DNA of 64,000 nucleotides. It comes from an uncultured delta proteobacterium (GTDB lineage Bacteria; Desulfobacterota; Desulfobacteria; Desulfobacterales; SG8-13). Every line of letters begins with the position of its first letter. Within the stretch, counting starts at the first letter, position 1. The stretch is from the NCBI GenBank assembly GCA_963848135.1, contig CAWKCK010000017.1:372001-436000 (forward strand), given 5' to 3'. The notes beneath the pieces were generated by a model that was not told the DNA's origin, did no database searches, and worked only from the letters and a program-made list of their open reading frames with translations. The position numbers and the translations under genes are program-made. Below are positions 14,631 through 26,428 of the stretch, in pieces.

Positions 14631-14646
14631 TTTCTTACTCCCGATT

Positions 14647-15030
14647 TCATTGCAGGACAACCTTAACCAGACTCGACAATCCGATATCGACCGCACCGAG
14701 GAAAAAGGCAATAATTGTTACCAGCACCAGAACAACTACCGTCGAGCCGATCGTTTGTTTTCGCGAAGGCCAGGTGACCTTCCGCAACTCCATTCTGACC
14801 TCTCTTAAAAACTGCAGAGATTTGGTGATAAAGTTGTCCCTGATTTTTGCCGGAGCCGGTCGGGAGAGAGCGGAAGGCTTTCGAACCTCAATGCTTTTCA
14901 GTTTTTTTTCAGCCCTGGGTGCTTCCGTGGCGGCGCTTGATGCCTCACCGGTGTTAACGGCGACCTGGGTTCCCGGAGCACTGTCCCGTTTTTTCTTTTT
15001 AACAGATTTTTTTCGCTGTAAACGTCCCAA
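14647..15030 (-). CDS. secE: Preprotein translocase SecE (long basic N-terminus)
   Basis: [17 protein letters not shown] plus one TM helix; between tRNA-Trp and nusG. Confidence 0.95.
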   Translation of the reverse strand: MGRLQRKKSVKKKKRDSAPGTQVAVNTGEASSAATEAPRAEKKLKSIEVRKPSALSRPAPAKIRDNFITKSLQFLREVRMELRKVTWPSRKQTIGSTVVVLVLVTIIAFFLGAVDIGLSSLVKVVLQ

Positions 15031-15121
15031 TGTTGCTCCTGAAATTATGAAAGCTCAAAGCCTCAAGCCCGGGGGTGAGAGCACTCCTTGACTCTCCAGC
15101 TTCAAGCTCAATGCAAAAGTT

Positions 15122-15197
15122 TGGCAGGCCAGGAGGGATTCGAACCCCCAACACCCGGATTTGGAGTCCGACGCTCTGCCATTAGAGCTACTGGCCT
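15122..15197 (-). tRNA. tRNA-Trp (CCA)
   Basis: Cloverleaf, CCA anticodon, GGTTCGAATCC T-arm, encoded 3' CCA. Confidence 0.97.
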
Positions 15198-15252
15198 GCG
15201 CGAGGACCCTGCTATCTGGGATGGTATCACCCCTGCAGCGCCCGCAACCGTA

Positions 15253-15402
15253 TTATTTGGTTTCCCTGTGAGGTGTATGTTTTCTACAAAAACGGCAGTA
15301 CTTGCTGAACTCCAATTTATCCGGAGTTGTCCGTTTATTTTTCGTCGTCGTGTAGTTTCTGCGTTTACACTCGCCGCAAGCAAGGGTTACTATTATTCTC
15401 AC
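15253..15402 (-). CDS. rpmG: 50S ribosomal protein L33 (Zn-ribbon type)
   Basis: Manual translation [49 protein letters not shown]; too short for the ORF track. Confidence 0.97.
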   Translation of the reverse strand: MRIIVTLACGECKRRNYTTTKNKRTTPDKLEFSKYCRFCRKHTPHRETK

Positions 15403-15419
15403 CGGTATACTCCTTGACG

Positions 15420-16613
<1,194 letters not shown>

Positions 16614-16724
16614 CTTTTCGTCCTCCCCTTAATGAAATTCAAAACATTTTGGATTGGCAAATTCGTTTATCCCGGCAACCGAAAGTCGACGCTGTCGGCC
16701 GATTGTTCATTACGGATAATGCGG

Positions 16725-16801
16725 TGGAGCCCACGACCGGAATCGAACCGGTGAACCTCTTCCTTACCAAGGAAGCGCTCTACCTACTGAGCTACGTGGG
16801 C
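16725..16801 (-). tRNA. tRNA-Thr (GGT)
   Basis: CTTCC-TTGGTAA-GGAAG anticodon arm, 3' CCA. Confidence 0.96.
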
Positions 16802-16870
16802 TCGATGTGTACGCTTGACGCATACGTCAGTTTAAGGAGCCCCCTACGTCTGCTGCTTAGCCTGGGGGTA

Positions 16871-16946
<76 letters not shown>

Positions 16947-17120
16947 TCAGTTGTTCACTCATCATGAGATCTAAAACGCCCCAGCATCAAGCACACAAGA
17001 GGATTCACTTCGTTCCAAAAGCTATCGCAGAGAACCTGATGCAGGAAGCCGTGTAGTTCAATAACGATTTCGACCGTAATATCCGAATCGAAATCTCCTA
17101 CAGCTAACTTTCATTCGGGT

Positions 17121-17205
17121 TGGTGGTGGGGGGAGGATTCGAACCTCCGAAGGCTTCGCCGACAGATTTACAGTCTGTTCCCTTTGACCGCTCGGGAACC
17201 CCACC
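17121..17205 (-). tRNA. tRNA-Tyr (GTA)
   Basis: ACAGACTGTAAATCTGT anticodon arm, long variable arm, 3' CCA. Confidence 0.96.
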
Positions 17206-17216
17206 TCAATGATGAC

Positions 17217-17292
17217 TGGAGCCAGAGACAGGAGTCGAACCCGCGACCCGCTGATTACAAATCAGCTGCTCTACCAACTGAGCTACTCTGGC
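17217..17292 (-). tRNA. tRNA-Thr (TGT)
   Basis: GCTGATTTGTAATCAGC anticodon arm, 3' CCA. Confidence 0.96.
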
Positions 17293-17373
17293 TCGGCAAC
17301 CAACAATTTGCGATACGGTTATAATAATTGGTATTAAAAAGACTGAAAGACCCCAAAATTTAAAGAACTTCCC

Positions 17374-17402
17374 CTTTTAAACGTATCGACTGTATATTTC
17401 AA
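17374..17402 (-). promoter_or_regulatory. Putative promoter of tRNA-tuf operon
   Basis: TTGAAA-N17-TAAAAG with AT-rich upstream tract. Confidence 0.5.
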
Positions 17403-18184
17403 CCACAATTTTAATGACTTATACCTTATTAAACCATAATAAATGCAATAATGACTATTTTATCTCAAATTATCAACGTATTTCTCCTAATTTATCCTAA
17501 ATTCGTTATCGACACTAACTATTAACGGCGTCCGGAACGCCACACACTTACTCATAGCGGCGGTATGCGACCATCCGTGAGGGATACCCGAAGCCGCAAA
17601 TGGCCAGCCTGGACGCGGCCATTTGCGGTGATTGGTCCGACTGCTCTTTGCAACCAAGTTTGAATCGGAGTTGTTTACCCAATAAAACTTTGATATTTAA
17701 AGCAAATACATTTTATGGTCAATATAAAACTGACTATTTGACAGAAGTCAAGGGCGACCCGCCATATCTCTCATCAGGCAGTTAAAAACAATGACGTTCG
17801 CAAAACGGTATTCGTGGCTGAACCGGGGTGCACCCTACGCTGCAGCAAAAGTGGTCATTCACTTTAAGTAAACTGCTTGTGCAAACAGTGCTTTTTCGTC
17901 GAATTTTTTCTCGACATGTCAGCGCTTAAAAAGTTTTTCAACTACCTGTTAAATAGAGAAATGTTAGTGATGAACCCGCCAGCTAAACCGGGGGTTGGGA
18001 AACAGTATTCGGATAAAAATGTATTTCATCCGATGTAATACTATGATATACTTTTCTGTATTATCAATTCGTATTAATTCAGCCTATCGGGCGATATTAT
18101 ACGAATTTTATGTTTTCCCATGAGCGGGAAAGCACTTAACCGTCCCCAGGGACATATTAATAACAACTATCAAGAAATCGGGCT

Positions 18185-20071
18185 ATGAAATCAAACTTAA
18201 AAAAGTTGGACCTCGTTTCAGCCATCGCACTTGTTGCTTTCCTTACCCTGCTTATCAGTGGATGCGCTTCTTCACTTACCGATGCGCGCAAGGATCATCC
18301 CGACCGAACGAATGGGGAGACCCATTCTAAAACGGTCAAAGACCCCACCGATCAAAATTCAGACCAGATAGAAGATACGGATGTCTCTCAAACGCCTTCA
18401 TCTGAAGTTACAAGCGAAACCGGCAGTGAAACAGCATTCGTCGTCCGCGCAGATGGGGACGTCGCTATAGAAGACCCGCTAAACCGGGAAATCGTTTCAC
18501 CCGAAAAAACGGTGCAGAAAATCCTGGATGAAGCCCTAAACTATTGCGAGGTATCCCAGGAGTTCTGGCAAAAAGGGGAGCTTGACAATGCGCTTGAAGC
18601 GCTGGACCAGGCTTACGCGCTCATCCTCGATGTGGATACCTCCGATCAACCCAAACTCATCCAGCAGAAAGAGGATCTAAGATTCCTGATATCAAAGCGG
18701 ATCCTTGAAATATATGCATCGCGCAATATTGTCGTTAATGGCAACTACAATGCCATTCCCATTGTGATCAATCAGCACGTTCAAAAAGAGATCGACCGAT
18801 TTACCACCGGTGTCGAAAGAAACTTTTTCATAGAATCCTACCGGCGCTCCGGCCGGTATCGGCCATACATTGTAGGGGCTCTGAAAGAGGCCGGACTTCC
18901 CTTAGAACTTTCCTGGCTGCCCCTTATCGAAAGCGGATTCAAGGTCAATGCGCTTTCAAAGGCCAGAGCCCTCGGGCTGTGGCAATTCATTCCGTCTACC
19001 GGTTACAAATTCGGTCTCTCACGCGATAAGTTCATTGACAAACGGCTCGATCCGATCAATTCCACTGAAGCCGCGATTGCCTACCTCAAAGAATTGCATC
19101 AAATGTTCGGAGACTGGACAACCGTCCTGGCGGCCTACAATTGCGGCGAAGGTCGTGTGCTACGGGTCATCAGGCAACAGAACGTCAATTATCTCGACAA
19201 CTTCTGGGACCTTTACGAACGACTGCCCTACGAAACAGCTCGCTATGTTCCGCGTTTCCTGGCAACACTGCATATCATCGAAAATCTTGACCGGTACGGA
19301 TTCGATACCATCCAGGTTGACGCCCCGATGGAATACGAAGAGATTGAAATCGAAAAGCAGATCCACTTGAAACACGTGGCTATGGCTATCGGTACAAGTG
19401 AACGGCAATTGACGGAAATCAATCCCGAACTCAGGTACAAGATACTTCCACCCGACAAATACCTTCTCAAAGTCCCTGAGGGCACGAGTCTTGTCTTGAC
19501 TGCCAAACTGAGCGAAATACCTGAATCGAAACCGCCGACACGCACCGTCGTCTACCACCGTGTCCGTCGCGGCGAGACCCTTTCCATTATTGCCAAAAAA
19601 TACCGCACTCGAGTCAGCAGCATTATGCGAGCCAACAATCTCCGACGCTCGCATTACATCGTGGCCGGGCGGTTGTTGAAAATTCCCACGCCCGGTTACC
19701 GGTATCGCGCTTCCAAACCGGCGACTGTCTCCCCCGGAGCATCGTCCCACAGGGTGAGAAGGGGTGACAATCTCTGGAACATCGCCAAACGTTACGGCAC
19801 CACCACTGACAAAATCAAGAAGGTCAATAATCTCAGCAGCAACGACCTGCATATCGGCCAGGTCCTCAATCTTCCAGCGACCGGCAACATCCGGGAAAAG
19901 ACTACCGTGGCCGATGCCGGCAACTTCAAGGTTTATCAGGTCAGACCGGGTGATAGCCCATTTGCCATCGCACAGCAACACAATATGAATTTGAATCGTC
20001 TCCTCAGCATCAATCAACTGTCCAACCGCAGTAAGATCTATCCCGGGCAGCGGCTATACATCGAACAATAA
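18185..20071 (+). CDS. mltD: Membrane-bound lytic murein transglycosylase D-like lipoprotein (SLT + 3 LysM)
   Basis: Lipobox LISGC; IESGF, GLWQF, AAYNCGEG, ETARYVP; three LysM repeats. Confidence 0.88.
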   Translation: MKSNLKKLDLVSAIALVAFLTLLISGCASSLTDARKDHPDRTNGETHSKTVKDPTDQNSDQIEDTDVSQTPSSEVTSETGSETAFVVRADGDVAIEDPLNREIVSPEKTVQKILDEALNYCEVSQEFWQKGELDNALEALDQAYALILDVDTSDQPKLIQQKEDLRFLISKRILEIYASRNIVVNGNYNAIPIVINQHVQKEIDRFTTGVERNFFIESYRRSGRYRPYIVGALKEAGLPLELSWLPLIESGFKVNALSKARALGLWQFIPSTGYKFGLSRDKFIDKRLDPINSTEAAIAYLKELHQMFGDWTTVLAAYNCGEGRVLRVIRQQNVNYLDNFWDLYERLPYETARYVPRFLATLHIIENLDRYGFDTIQVDAPMEYEEIEIEKQIHLKHVAMAIGTSERQLTEINPELRYKILPPDKYLLKVPEGTSLVLTAKLSEIPESKPPTRTVVYHRVRRGETLSIIAKKYRTRVSSIMRANNLRRSHYIVAGRLLKIPTPGYRYRASKPATVSPGASSHRVRRGDNLWNIAKRYGTTTDKIKKVNNLSSNDLHIGQVLNLPATGNIREKTTVADAGNFKVYQVRPGDSPFAIAQQHNMNLNRLLSINQLSNRSKIYPGQRLYIEQ

Positions 20072-20113
20072 TCCAGCACGAAAAGGCAGGGAAATAAGCC
20101 GGTGTTTCGTTGG

Positions 20114-20155
20114 ACAAGGCCCTGAAGCGATATTCTTCAGGGCCTTGTTGCTTTT
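20114..20155 (+). terminator. Hairpin terminator after mltD
   Basis: 14-bp perfect stem ACAAGGCCCTGAAG/CTTCAGGGCCTTGT followed by TGCTTTT. Confidence 0.6.
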
Positions 20156-20178
20156 GAAGCCTGGAGGAAAGGAAGCAG

Positions 20179-20517
20179 ATGGAAACCCTGACGATCGGAA
20201 AATTGCAGGAAACGGTTGACGCGTGGGTAAAAACCTATGGCGTGCGGTATTTTTCAGAATTAACCAATTTGGCGGTGCTTATGGAAGAAGTCGGCGAACT
20301 TTCCCGTATTATGTCTCGGATTTACGGCGAACAAAGCTTCAAGCGTGACGACATCCCCGGCAGTTTGGCCGACGAACTGGCCGATGTCCTGTTCGTTGTC
20401 ATCTGTATTGCCAATCAAACCGGGGTCGATTTGACGGCGGCGATCGGGGATAATCTGGCCAAAAAGACGGACAGGGATAAAAATCGCCACATCGGTAATC
20501 CCAAATTGACGTCATAG
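20179..20517 (+). CDS. MazG-like single-domain nucleotide pyrophosphohydrolase (YpjD-like)
   Basis: LMEEVGEL, DELADVLFV, ANQTGVDL. Confidence 0.88.
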   Translation: METLTIGKLQETVDAWVKTYGVRYFSELTNLAVLMEEVGELSRIMSRIYGEQSFKRDDIPGSLADELADVLFVVICIANQTGVDLTAAIGDNLAKKTDRDKNRHIGNPKLTS

Positions 20518-21822
20518 CCGCCAATAAGTAATCTTATCGCGCTGGGTGGTTTGCGGGCTGAAAACACCTTTAACATCCAAAATCAACGGCGCGGCCCCCC
20601 GACACATCGCCACGATCTTCGAAAGCCCCAATTCCAGGTATTTCTGGTGCGCCACGGCAATTATTACGCCGTCGACGTCCTTAATCTGCGCCAATTCCTG
20701 CAACTCGATTCCATAATAACTGCCGGCTTCCTCCGAATCAGCCAGAGGATCGTTTACCAAGACACGGACCCCATAATCATCAAGCTCTTCGATAATATCC
20801 ACGACCTTGGTATTTCTGAGGTCGGGAACATTTTCTTTGAAAGTGACGCCGAGAACCGCAATTGTGGCACCGTGGACCTGTTTGCCGGCGGCAATGAGCA
20901 TTTTTACAGCCCTTTCTGCCACATATTTACCCATACTGTCGTTTATACGCCGACCGGCAAGGATCATCTCCGGGTGATACCCCACGGATTCAGCCTTTAC
21001 CGTTAGGTAGTAGGGATCGACGCCGATACAGTGCCCTCCGACCAATCCCGGGCGAAACGGCAAAAAATTCCATTTCGTTCCAGCCGCTTCCAGCACTTCG
21101 ATGGTGTCAATACCTATTTTTTCAAATATCATCGACAGTTCGTTCATCAATGCGATGTTCAAATCCCGTTGCGTATTTTCAATAACTTTGGCCGCCTCGG
21201 CAACCTTGATAGAGGAGGCCCGATGGATGCCTGCTGTAATGATATTACCGTATAACCGGTAAAGAATTTCTGTCGTCGCCGCATCAGAACCAGAAACGAT
21301 CTTTATTATTTTTTCGATCGAATGGATATTGTCGCCGGGATTGATTCGTTCCGGAGAATAGCCGACCGAAAAATCTTGGCCCAGTTTCAGTCCCGAACGT
21401 TCTTCAAGAATAGGCACACACACTTCTTCCGTAGCCCCGGGGTAGACGGTCGACTCATAAACGACGACAGAGCCGGGTGAAAGATTTTTGCCCACTGTGG
21501 TGGAAGCCCCGCAAAGGGGCCCGAGATCGGGAATCCTGTATTTGTCGATTGGGGTTGGAACGGCCACGATGAGGACTTTGCATTGTGACAGGACGGAGGC
21601 ATCATCGGTAAAATCGATGCGGGCTTGTTTCAAATCTTCCGGCGCTACCTCAAGTGTACGGTCCCGCCCCGTTATAAGTTCTTTAATTCGTGCCGTCTTC
21701 AGATCGTAGCCGACAACGTCGAAGTATTTTGCCAGCTTTACAGCCAACGGCAGTCCAACGTAACCAAGCCCGACCACTGCCACTTTCTCTTGTCGGGAGG
21801 CCAAATCTTCAATCGTCACCAT
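20512..21822 (-). CDS. Nucleotide-sugar dehydrogenase (TviB/WbpO-like)
   Basis: GLGYVG, YESTVYPG, YSPERINPG, GGHCIGVDPYYL. Confidence 0.92.
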   Translation of the reverse strand: MVTIEDLASRQEKVAVVGLGYVGLPLAVKLAKYFDVVGYDLKTARIKELITGRDRTLEVAPEDLKQARIDFTDDASVLSQCKVLIVAVPTPIDKYRIPDLGPLCGASTTVGKNLSPGSVVVYESTVYPGATEEVCVPILEERSGLKLGQDFSVGYSPERINPGDNIHSIEKIIKIVSGSDAATTEILYRLYGNIITAGIHRASSIKVAEAAKVIENTQRDLNIALMNELSMIFEKIGIDTIEVLEAAGTKWNFLPFRPGLVGGHCIGVDPYYLTVKAESVGYHPEMILAGRRINDSMGKYVAERAVKMLIAAGKQVHGATIAVLGVTFKENVPDLRNTKVVDIIEELDDYGVRVLVNDPLADSEEAGSYYGIELQELAQIKDVDGVIIAVAHQKYLELGLSKIVAMCRGAAPLILDVKGVFSPQTTQRDKITYWRL

Positions 21823-22065
21823 ACGTCAAGGCTCCTGTCATTCATTGATAGTTAAATATAGCCATGCCACCAAGGCCATCAACAGGCATCACGCCGCAAC
21901 TTTGATCTCTCACTCAGCCGCGATCTCCAGCTGGGCCCCAAAGAATCGAATGACCATATCATTGAACAGACCGATGTGAGTATCTGAACGTTGCGGAATT
22001 AAAGATTATATCATAAACTGGCTGAGTATACAGCAGGATTTGGCAGATAAATACCTGGAGGCAAT

Positions 22066-22590
22066 ATGGCGCAAACCGGCTGGTGTGTAATAACCGGAGC
22101 ACCGTGTTCGGGCAAGACTTCTGTCGTCCGAGAACTTCAACAGCGCGGCTATCGGATTGTCGATGAAGTGGCCCGGTCAATTATTGACGATGAAATGGAG
22201 AAGGGCCGTTCGCTGAGAGAGATTAAAACCGATGTGCTGTCTTTCGAGCGGCGCATCCTCAAGCGTAAGCTCGACCTTGAAACGACCCTGCCTGCCGATG
22301 AACTGGTATTCCTTGATCGCGCAATTCCGGACAGCATCGCATACTTTTTGTTTGAAGGTCTGGATCCGGCGGAACCATTGCTAAAGAGCCGTATGTTCAG
22401 GTATCGAAGAATTTTTCTTTTTGACAGGCTGCTACTTGAATACGATCGCGTACGATCGGAAGATAATGAGATGGCCGCCAGAATAGACTCTCTTCTGGAA
22501 AGTGCGTACCGCCGTCTCGACTATGATATCCTGCGTATTCCGGTATTACCTGTCGCACAGCGAACCGACTATATTCTGCGGCATCTCTGA
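22066..22590 (+). CDS. P-loop ATPase/kinase (AAA_28, NadR-like)
   Basis: ITGAPCSGKT, EVAR, FLDRAIPD. Confidence 0.8.
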   Translation: MAQTGWCVITGAPCSGKTSVVRELQQRGYRIVDEVARSIIDDEMEKGRSLREIKTDVLSFERRILKRKLDLETTLPADELVFLDRAIPDSIAYFLFEGLDPAEPLLKSRMFRYRRIFLFDRLLLEYDRVRSEDNEMAARIDSLLESAYRRLDYDILRIPVLPVAQRTDYILRHL

Positions 22591-22678
22591 GGTAATGAAA
22601 TGACACTGAGGGTCACGCTGCGCAAGGCATCGAACCGAGGTATCCGCAGGGCGGATCCGGGTGATGGTCTGGGGAAAC

Positions 22679-23395
22679 CTAATCATTGAAAAGGCCCTGC
22701 AGATGCTCTATTTCCGCTGCACTGAGATATCGCCACCGGCCTTTCTGCAATTTGCCCAGCCGGATGGTGTCCACCCGGATCCTTTTCAAGTGCACCACCC
22801 GGTTACCGACTTTCCTGACCATGCGGCGAATCTGACGGTTTCTGCCTTCCTTGAGTGTAATACGAAACCGCCGGGCAGAAAGTTTGCAGACGACTGCCTG
22901 TCGGGTACGGGTCCCCAATATCGGAAGTCCGTCCGCCATTTTACGCAGAGCGCTGTCAGGGATCGGCTCGGCAACTGTTACCTCATATTCCTTCTCGTGG
23001 TCAAAAGATGGGTGTGACAGGCGATGATGAACTCGACCGTCATTGGTCAGCAAAAGGAGACCGGACGAATCCTTGTCCAATCGCCCCACGGGATAGATCC
23101 GCTGGTCGATGTCAACCAGGTCGACAACGGTTCTTTCTCCCGGATGACTGCAACTGGTCACAAAGCCCTCGGGCTTATTCAGTGCTATATAGACGGGCAG
23201 GTTCTTCCATTCGATTTCAATGCCGTCGACCGCAATCCGATCGATTGACGGATCGACTTTGCTACCCAGCAGCCTGACCGTCTCTCCATTGACCACGACT
23301 CGGCCCTGGCGAATGTATTCCTCTCCCCGACGGCGGGAGCAAACGCCAGCAGCAGACAGAAATTTCTGCAAACGCATCTGAGGCATATCCGACAC
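22679..23395 (-). CDS. rRNA pseudouridine synthase (RsuA/RluB family, S4 domain)
   Basis: RLQKFL..AGVCSRR, GRLDKDSSGLLLLTNDG, EGRNRQIRRM. Confidence 0.93.
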   Translation of the reverse strand: MSDMPQMRLQKFLSAAGVCSRRRGEEYIRQGRVVVNGETVRLLGSKVDPSIDRIAVDGIEIEWKNLPVYIALNKPEGFVTSCSHPGERTVVDLVDIDQRIYPVGRLDKDSSGLLLLTNDGRVHHRLSHPSFDHEKEYEVTVAEPIPDSALRKMADGLPILGTRTRQAVVCKLSARRFRITLKEGRNRQIRRMVRKVGNRVVHLKRIRVDTIRLGKLQKGRWRYLSAAEIEHLQGLFND

Positions 23396-23509
23396 CTGGG
23401 GCGTTTCTGTGAATTCAGAACGGGAAAGACGATCAGTCGATCGTCTAACGGTTAAGGGGGGTAAATTCGCATTCTCCTAAAATCCGGCCCATTACAAAAT
23501 AAGTTTGGC

Positions 23510-24697
23510 CTATGACCGGTAATCCGCATTGATGCGCACATAATCGAACGAGAAATCGCAGGTGAGAACGGAGGCGACTCCCGGCCCGATATTCAAATCG
23601 AGTCTCAACGTCAGCTCGGGTTTCCTGAGCACAGCACTCGCCTCAGTCTCAACCGCTTTACCACACCCAACACCGTTTTTCACCATTTGGACGGAATCGA
23701 AAAAGATATCGACCCGGTTAGGGTCCAAGTGTGCGTCCGCTCTTCCTGCCGCGGCCAGAATACGGCCCCAATTGGCATCCTCACCGAATAGGGCGGTTTT
23801 TACGAGATTGGAATTGGCCACGGTATCGGCCACTCGTCTGGCATCCTGATTTGTCGCCGCCCCTGCCACCTGTATTTCAACCAGCTTGGTGGCCCCCTCA
23901 CCGTCCTTTACGCAAAGCCTGGCCAGTTGAATCAACACGTCGTCGAGCACTGCCTCCACGGCCTGTATCTGCTCGGGCGCCGTCGCCAAGACACCGGAAG
24001 CGCCATTGGCCATGAAAAGCAGTGTATCGTTGGTGCTCATGTCACCATCCACCGTGATACGGTTGAAAGACTTATCGGTGGCGGACTGCAGGAGTTGCTG
24101 CATCACTTCCGGATTCATCCCGATGTCACTGATGACAAAACACAACATGGTTGCCATGTCGGGTCGTATCATACCCGCACCCTTGGCGACCGCCGCCACA
24201 TGGAAAATCCTTCCGTTGATGCGGCCCTGAGCGGCGACAACCTTTGATACCGTATCGGTGGTCATAATCGCCCGGGCCAAATCAGGCAATCCGTCAGTTC
24301 TCAAAGCTGTGACCAGATCCGGGACAGCAGCCTCGACTTTGTGAATCGGCAAGGGCTCGCCGATCACACCGGTTGAAGCCACCAGCACGTCAACTTCGGG
24401 CAGGCCGAGTCGATCGGACACCGACTTTGCCATGGCAAGAGCATCCTCCATACCCCGTTTTCCGGTGCAACAGTTGGCGTTGCCACTGTTGACTACAATC
24501 GCCCGGCAATGGCCTGATTTGATGCGTTCACGGTCCAAGATGACCGGCGCGGCCTGAACCAAATTGCGTGTAAATACACCAGCGACAGCTGATGGAACCA
24601 TCGAATAAAGTAGCCCCAGATCTTTCTTACCGTTTTTTTTCAATCCGGCAGCCACACCGGACGCCTGAAACCCGCTGACAGCGAACAATTCTTCCAT
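23510..24697 (-). CDS. argJ: Glutamate N-acetyltransferase / ornithine acetyltransferase
   Basis: NSGNAN, STGVIG, MTTDT, KGAGMI.PDMATML, STND, DGEGATK, NADYRS. Confidence 0.96.
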   Translation of the reverse strand: MEELFAVSGFQASGVAAGLKKNGKKDLGLLYSMVPSAVAGVFTRNLVQAAPVILDRERIKSGHCRAIVVNSGNANCCTGKRGMEDALAMAKSVSDRLGLPEVDVLVASTGVIGEPLPIHKVEAAVPDLVTALRTDGLPDLARAIMTTDTVSKVVAAQGRINGRIFHVAAVAKGAGMIRPDMATMLCFVISDIGMNPEVMQQLLQSATDKSFNRITVDGDMSTNDTLLFMANGASGVLATAPEQIQAVEAVLDDVLIQLARLCVKDGEGATKLVEIQVAGAATNQDARRVADTVANSNLVKTALFGEDANWGRILAAAGRADAHLDPNRVDIFFDSVQMVKNGVGCGKAVETEASAVLRKPELTLRLDLNIGPGVASVLTCDFSFDYVRINADYRS

Positions 24698-24795
24698 AAA
24701 AGCCACCCTCCTTGGCGAATCACACCCAAGAAATTTCGCTGGTTGATGTCAAATGCATCGGTTCTAAAGGTCTCACCGACCATCGTCGAATGCAA

Positions 24796-24977
24796 TTCAA
24801 TGACCTCCGGCAAAACCGGAGGAATGGTTTATGAAACGCTCAAAGCGGTCTTTTAAAACCATTATTCCGCGCAACCCACCGTTCGTTGAATGATATAATA
24901 ATCATCGTCTCCGGTGGCTGTGAACTCCCGGAACTGTCAAACTTTGGAAGTCTCCCCAATAAAGCGGGAGGTTTACC
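24796..24977 (-). mobile_element. Non-autonomous IS200/IS605-like element (both terminal hairpins, no transposase)
   Basis: One end GTAAACCTCCCGCTTTATTGGGGAGACTTCCAAAGTTTGACAGTTCCGGGAG, other end GACCGCTTTGAGCG...CCTCCGGTTTTGCCGGAGGTCATTGAA; partial copies elsewhere in window. Confidence 0.7.
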
Positions 24978-25450
24978 GATGATCTTATGGCGATACCGAC
25001 CGGTTGCGAAAGTCGAACGGGGACCCAAGCTAAATGATTTTCGAAGCCGGCGCAACGAAAATCAGGATCTGGCTCGATGCCCATTTATCCGGTCACTCAC
25101 TCTGCGGGGCAAAAGGGCTTTTTAAGTCGACCATTCTGTGTTAAAACCCCACCGCAATATTGCCAACCTCTCGGCAGGAGACGATTTCGTCGTCGTCCAA
25201 ATATCATGGACCTCAGCGACCAAGCAACATGTTAACCACCCGGTCATCGTCTTAAAGGATAAAAATGAAAACGGTATCTGTTCCCTGTAACAAGTGCGGA
25301 CGAAGGCTCGTTCTTCAAAAAACCTGAAAGAAGGTATTCTTGTATTGCAGGTCTTGCAATACGGCCTATCCGATTGGAATCTATTCAGACGCAATGGACG
25401 AAACCTTTGAGGACGCCCTGGCAAACGAACGTTGTGACAGGCTGTAACCA

Positions 25451-26368
25451 TTGATCGTTCTCGATAGCATATTCCCGGTGTTCGGGCTCATATTTCTCGG
25501 CACCATCCTCAAACGCTTCCGGTTCACCACCGATGACTTCCTAAACATATCCGATCGCTTGGTCTATTTCGTATTCTTCCCGGCATTGCTGTTCTGGAAA
25601 ATCGGTAGCGCGTCGGCGATCTCCATCGACTGGTCCTTATATGCGGCATCTTTGTGCGCCCTTTTGGTTGTATTCGTAATCAGTTGCCTGTGCATTTGGA
25701 TCTTCAAAGTGACCGATTTTCAAGCCGGTACCTTCTCTCAGAGTTGTTACAGATTCAACACCTATATCGGCATGGCCGTCATTATCAATGCCCTCGGTGA
25801 AGAAGCTGTCGGTATCTTCGGCATCCTGATCGGCGTCATGATCCCGGTCATCAACCTTCTGGCCGTCTCGACCCTAATATGGTATTCCGGGAAAAATTAT
25901 AATGCGCAAGAAAGAAATCGTCTACTGGCCCGTTCCCTGATCTCGAACCCGCTGATTATCGGTTGTGCCACCGGTATTCTCTATGCAAATTTTTTTGATC
26001 ATTTCCCTGACTTCATAGACAATACTTTTCGGCTCACAAGCTTTGTCACCCTACCATTGGCGCTTTTGTCCATCGGCGGCAACCTGACATTTTCGAAATT
26101 TCAACGATATTTCAATACCGCCCTCCTGGCAGCGGCTGTCAAACTGATCGCTTTGCCAGTCGCCGGTTATTTCTTTCTGCAGGTATTCAGAATAGACGGG
26201 ATACCCTTAAAGGTCGCCATGATTTATTTTGCACTACCGGCATCAACGGCCATTTTCGTTTTATCTTCCCAGCTTAACAGTGACACCAGCCTGGCATCAG
26301 CATCCATCGTCATCTCCACTATTTTCTCGTTAATTTCCCTCACCGTGGTGTTAACCATCATCGGTTAG
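25451..26368 (+). CDS. AEC family (auxin efflux carrier-like) transporter
   Basis: Multi-TM; PALLF, RFNTYIG, NPLI, PLALLSIG. Confidence 0.85.
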   Translation: MIVLDSIFPVFGLIFLGTILKRFRFTTDDFLNISDRLVYFVFFPALLFWKIGSASAISIDWSLYAASLCALLVVFVISCLCIWIFKVTDFQAGTFSQSCYRFNTYIGMAVIINALGEEAVGIFGILIGVMIPVINLLAVSTLIWYSGKNYNAQERNRLLARSLISNPLIIGCATGILYANFFDHFPDFIDNTFRLTSFVTLPLALLSIGGNLTFSKFQRYFNTALLAAAVKLIALPVAGYFFLQVFRIDGIPLKVAMIYFALPASTAIFVLSSQLNSDTSLASASIVISTIFSLISLTVVLTIIG

Positions 26369-26428
26369 GCAATCCAGACAACCGCGGTCCTGGGTACCAC
26401 TCCGGATCACGGAAAGTCGGCGGCAGAT

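Noticed and set aside
11239..14711. N-terminal extensions of rpoB, rplA and nusG in the ORF track
   Set aside because: Longest-ORF artefacts; homology begins at downstream starts. The same applies to hemC, cobA, nnr and pfkA.
15050..15112. Short AAGCTCA-like repeats upstream of secE
   Set aside because: Only 2-3 degenerate units; not a CRISPR array or a meaningful tandem repeat.
24840..25451. Short ORFs 24840..25055, 24886..25125, 25122..25451 (and 54622..54966)
   Set aside because: Translations of IS-end palindromes or intergenic DNA; no RBS or domain support.
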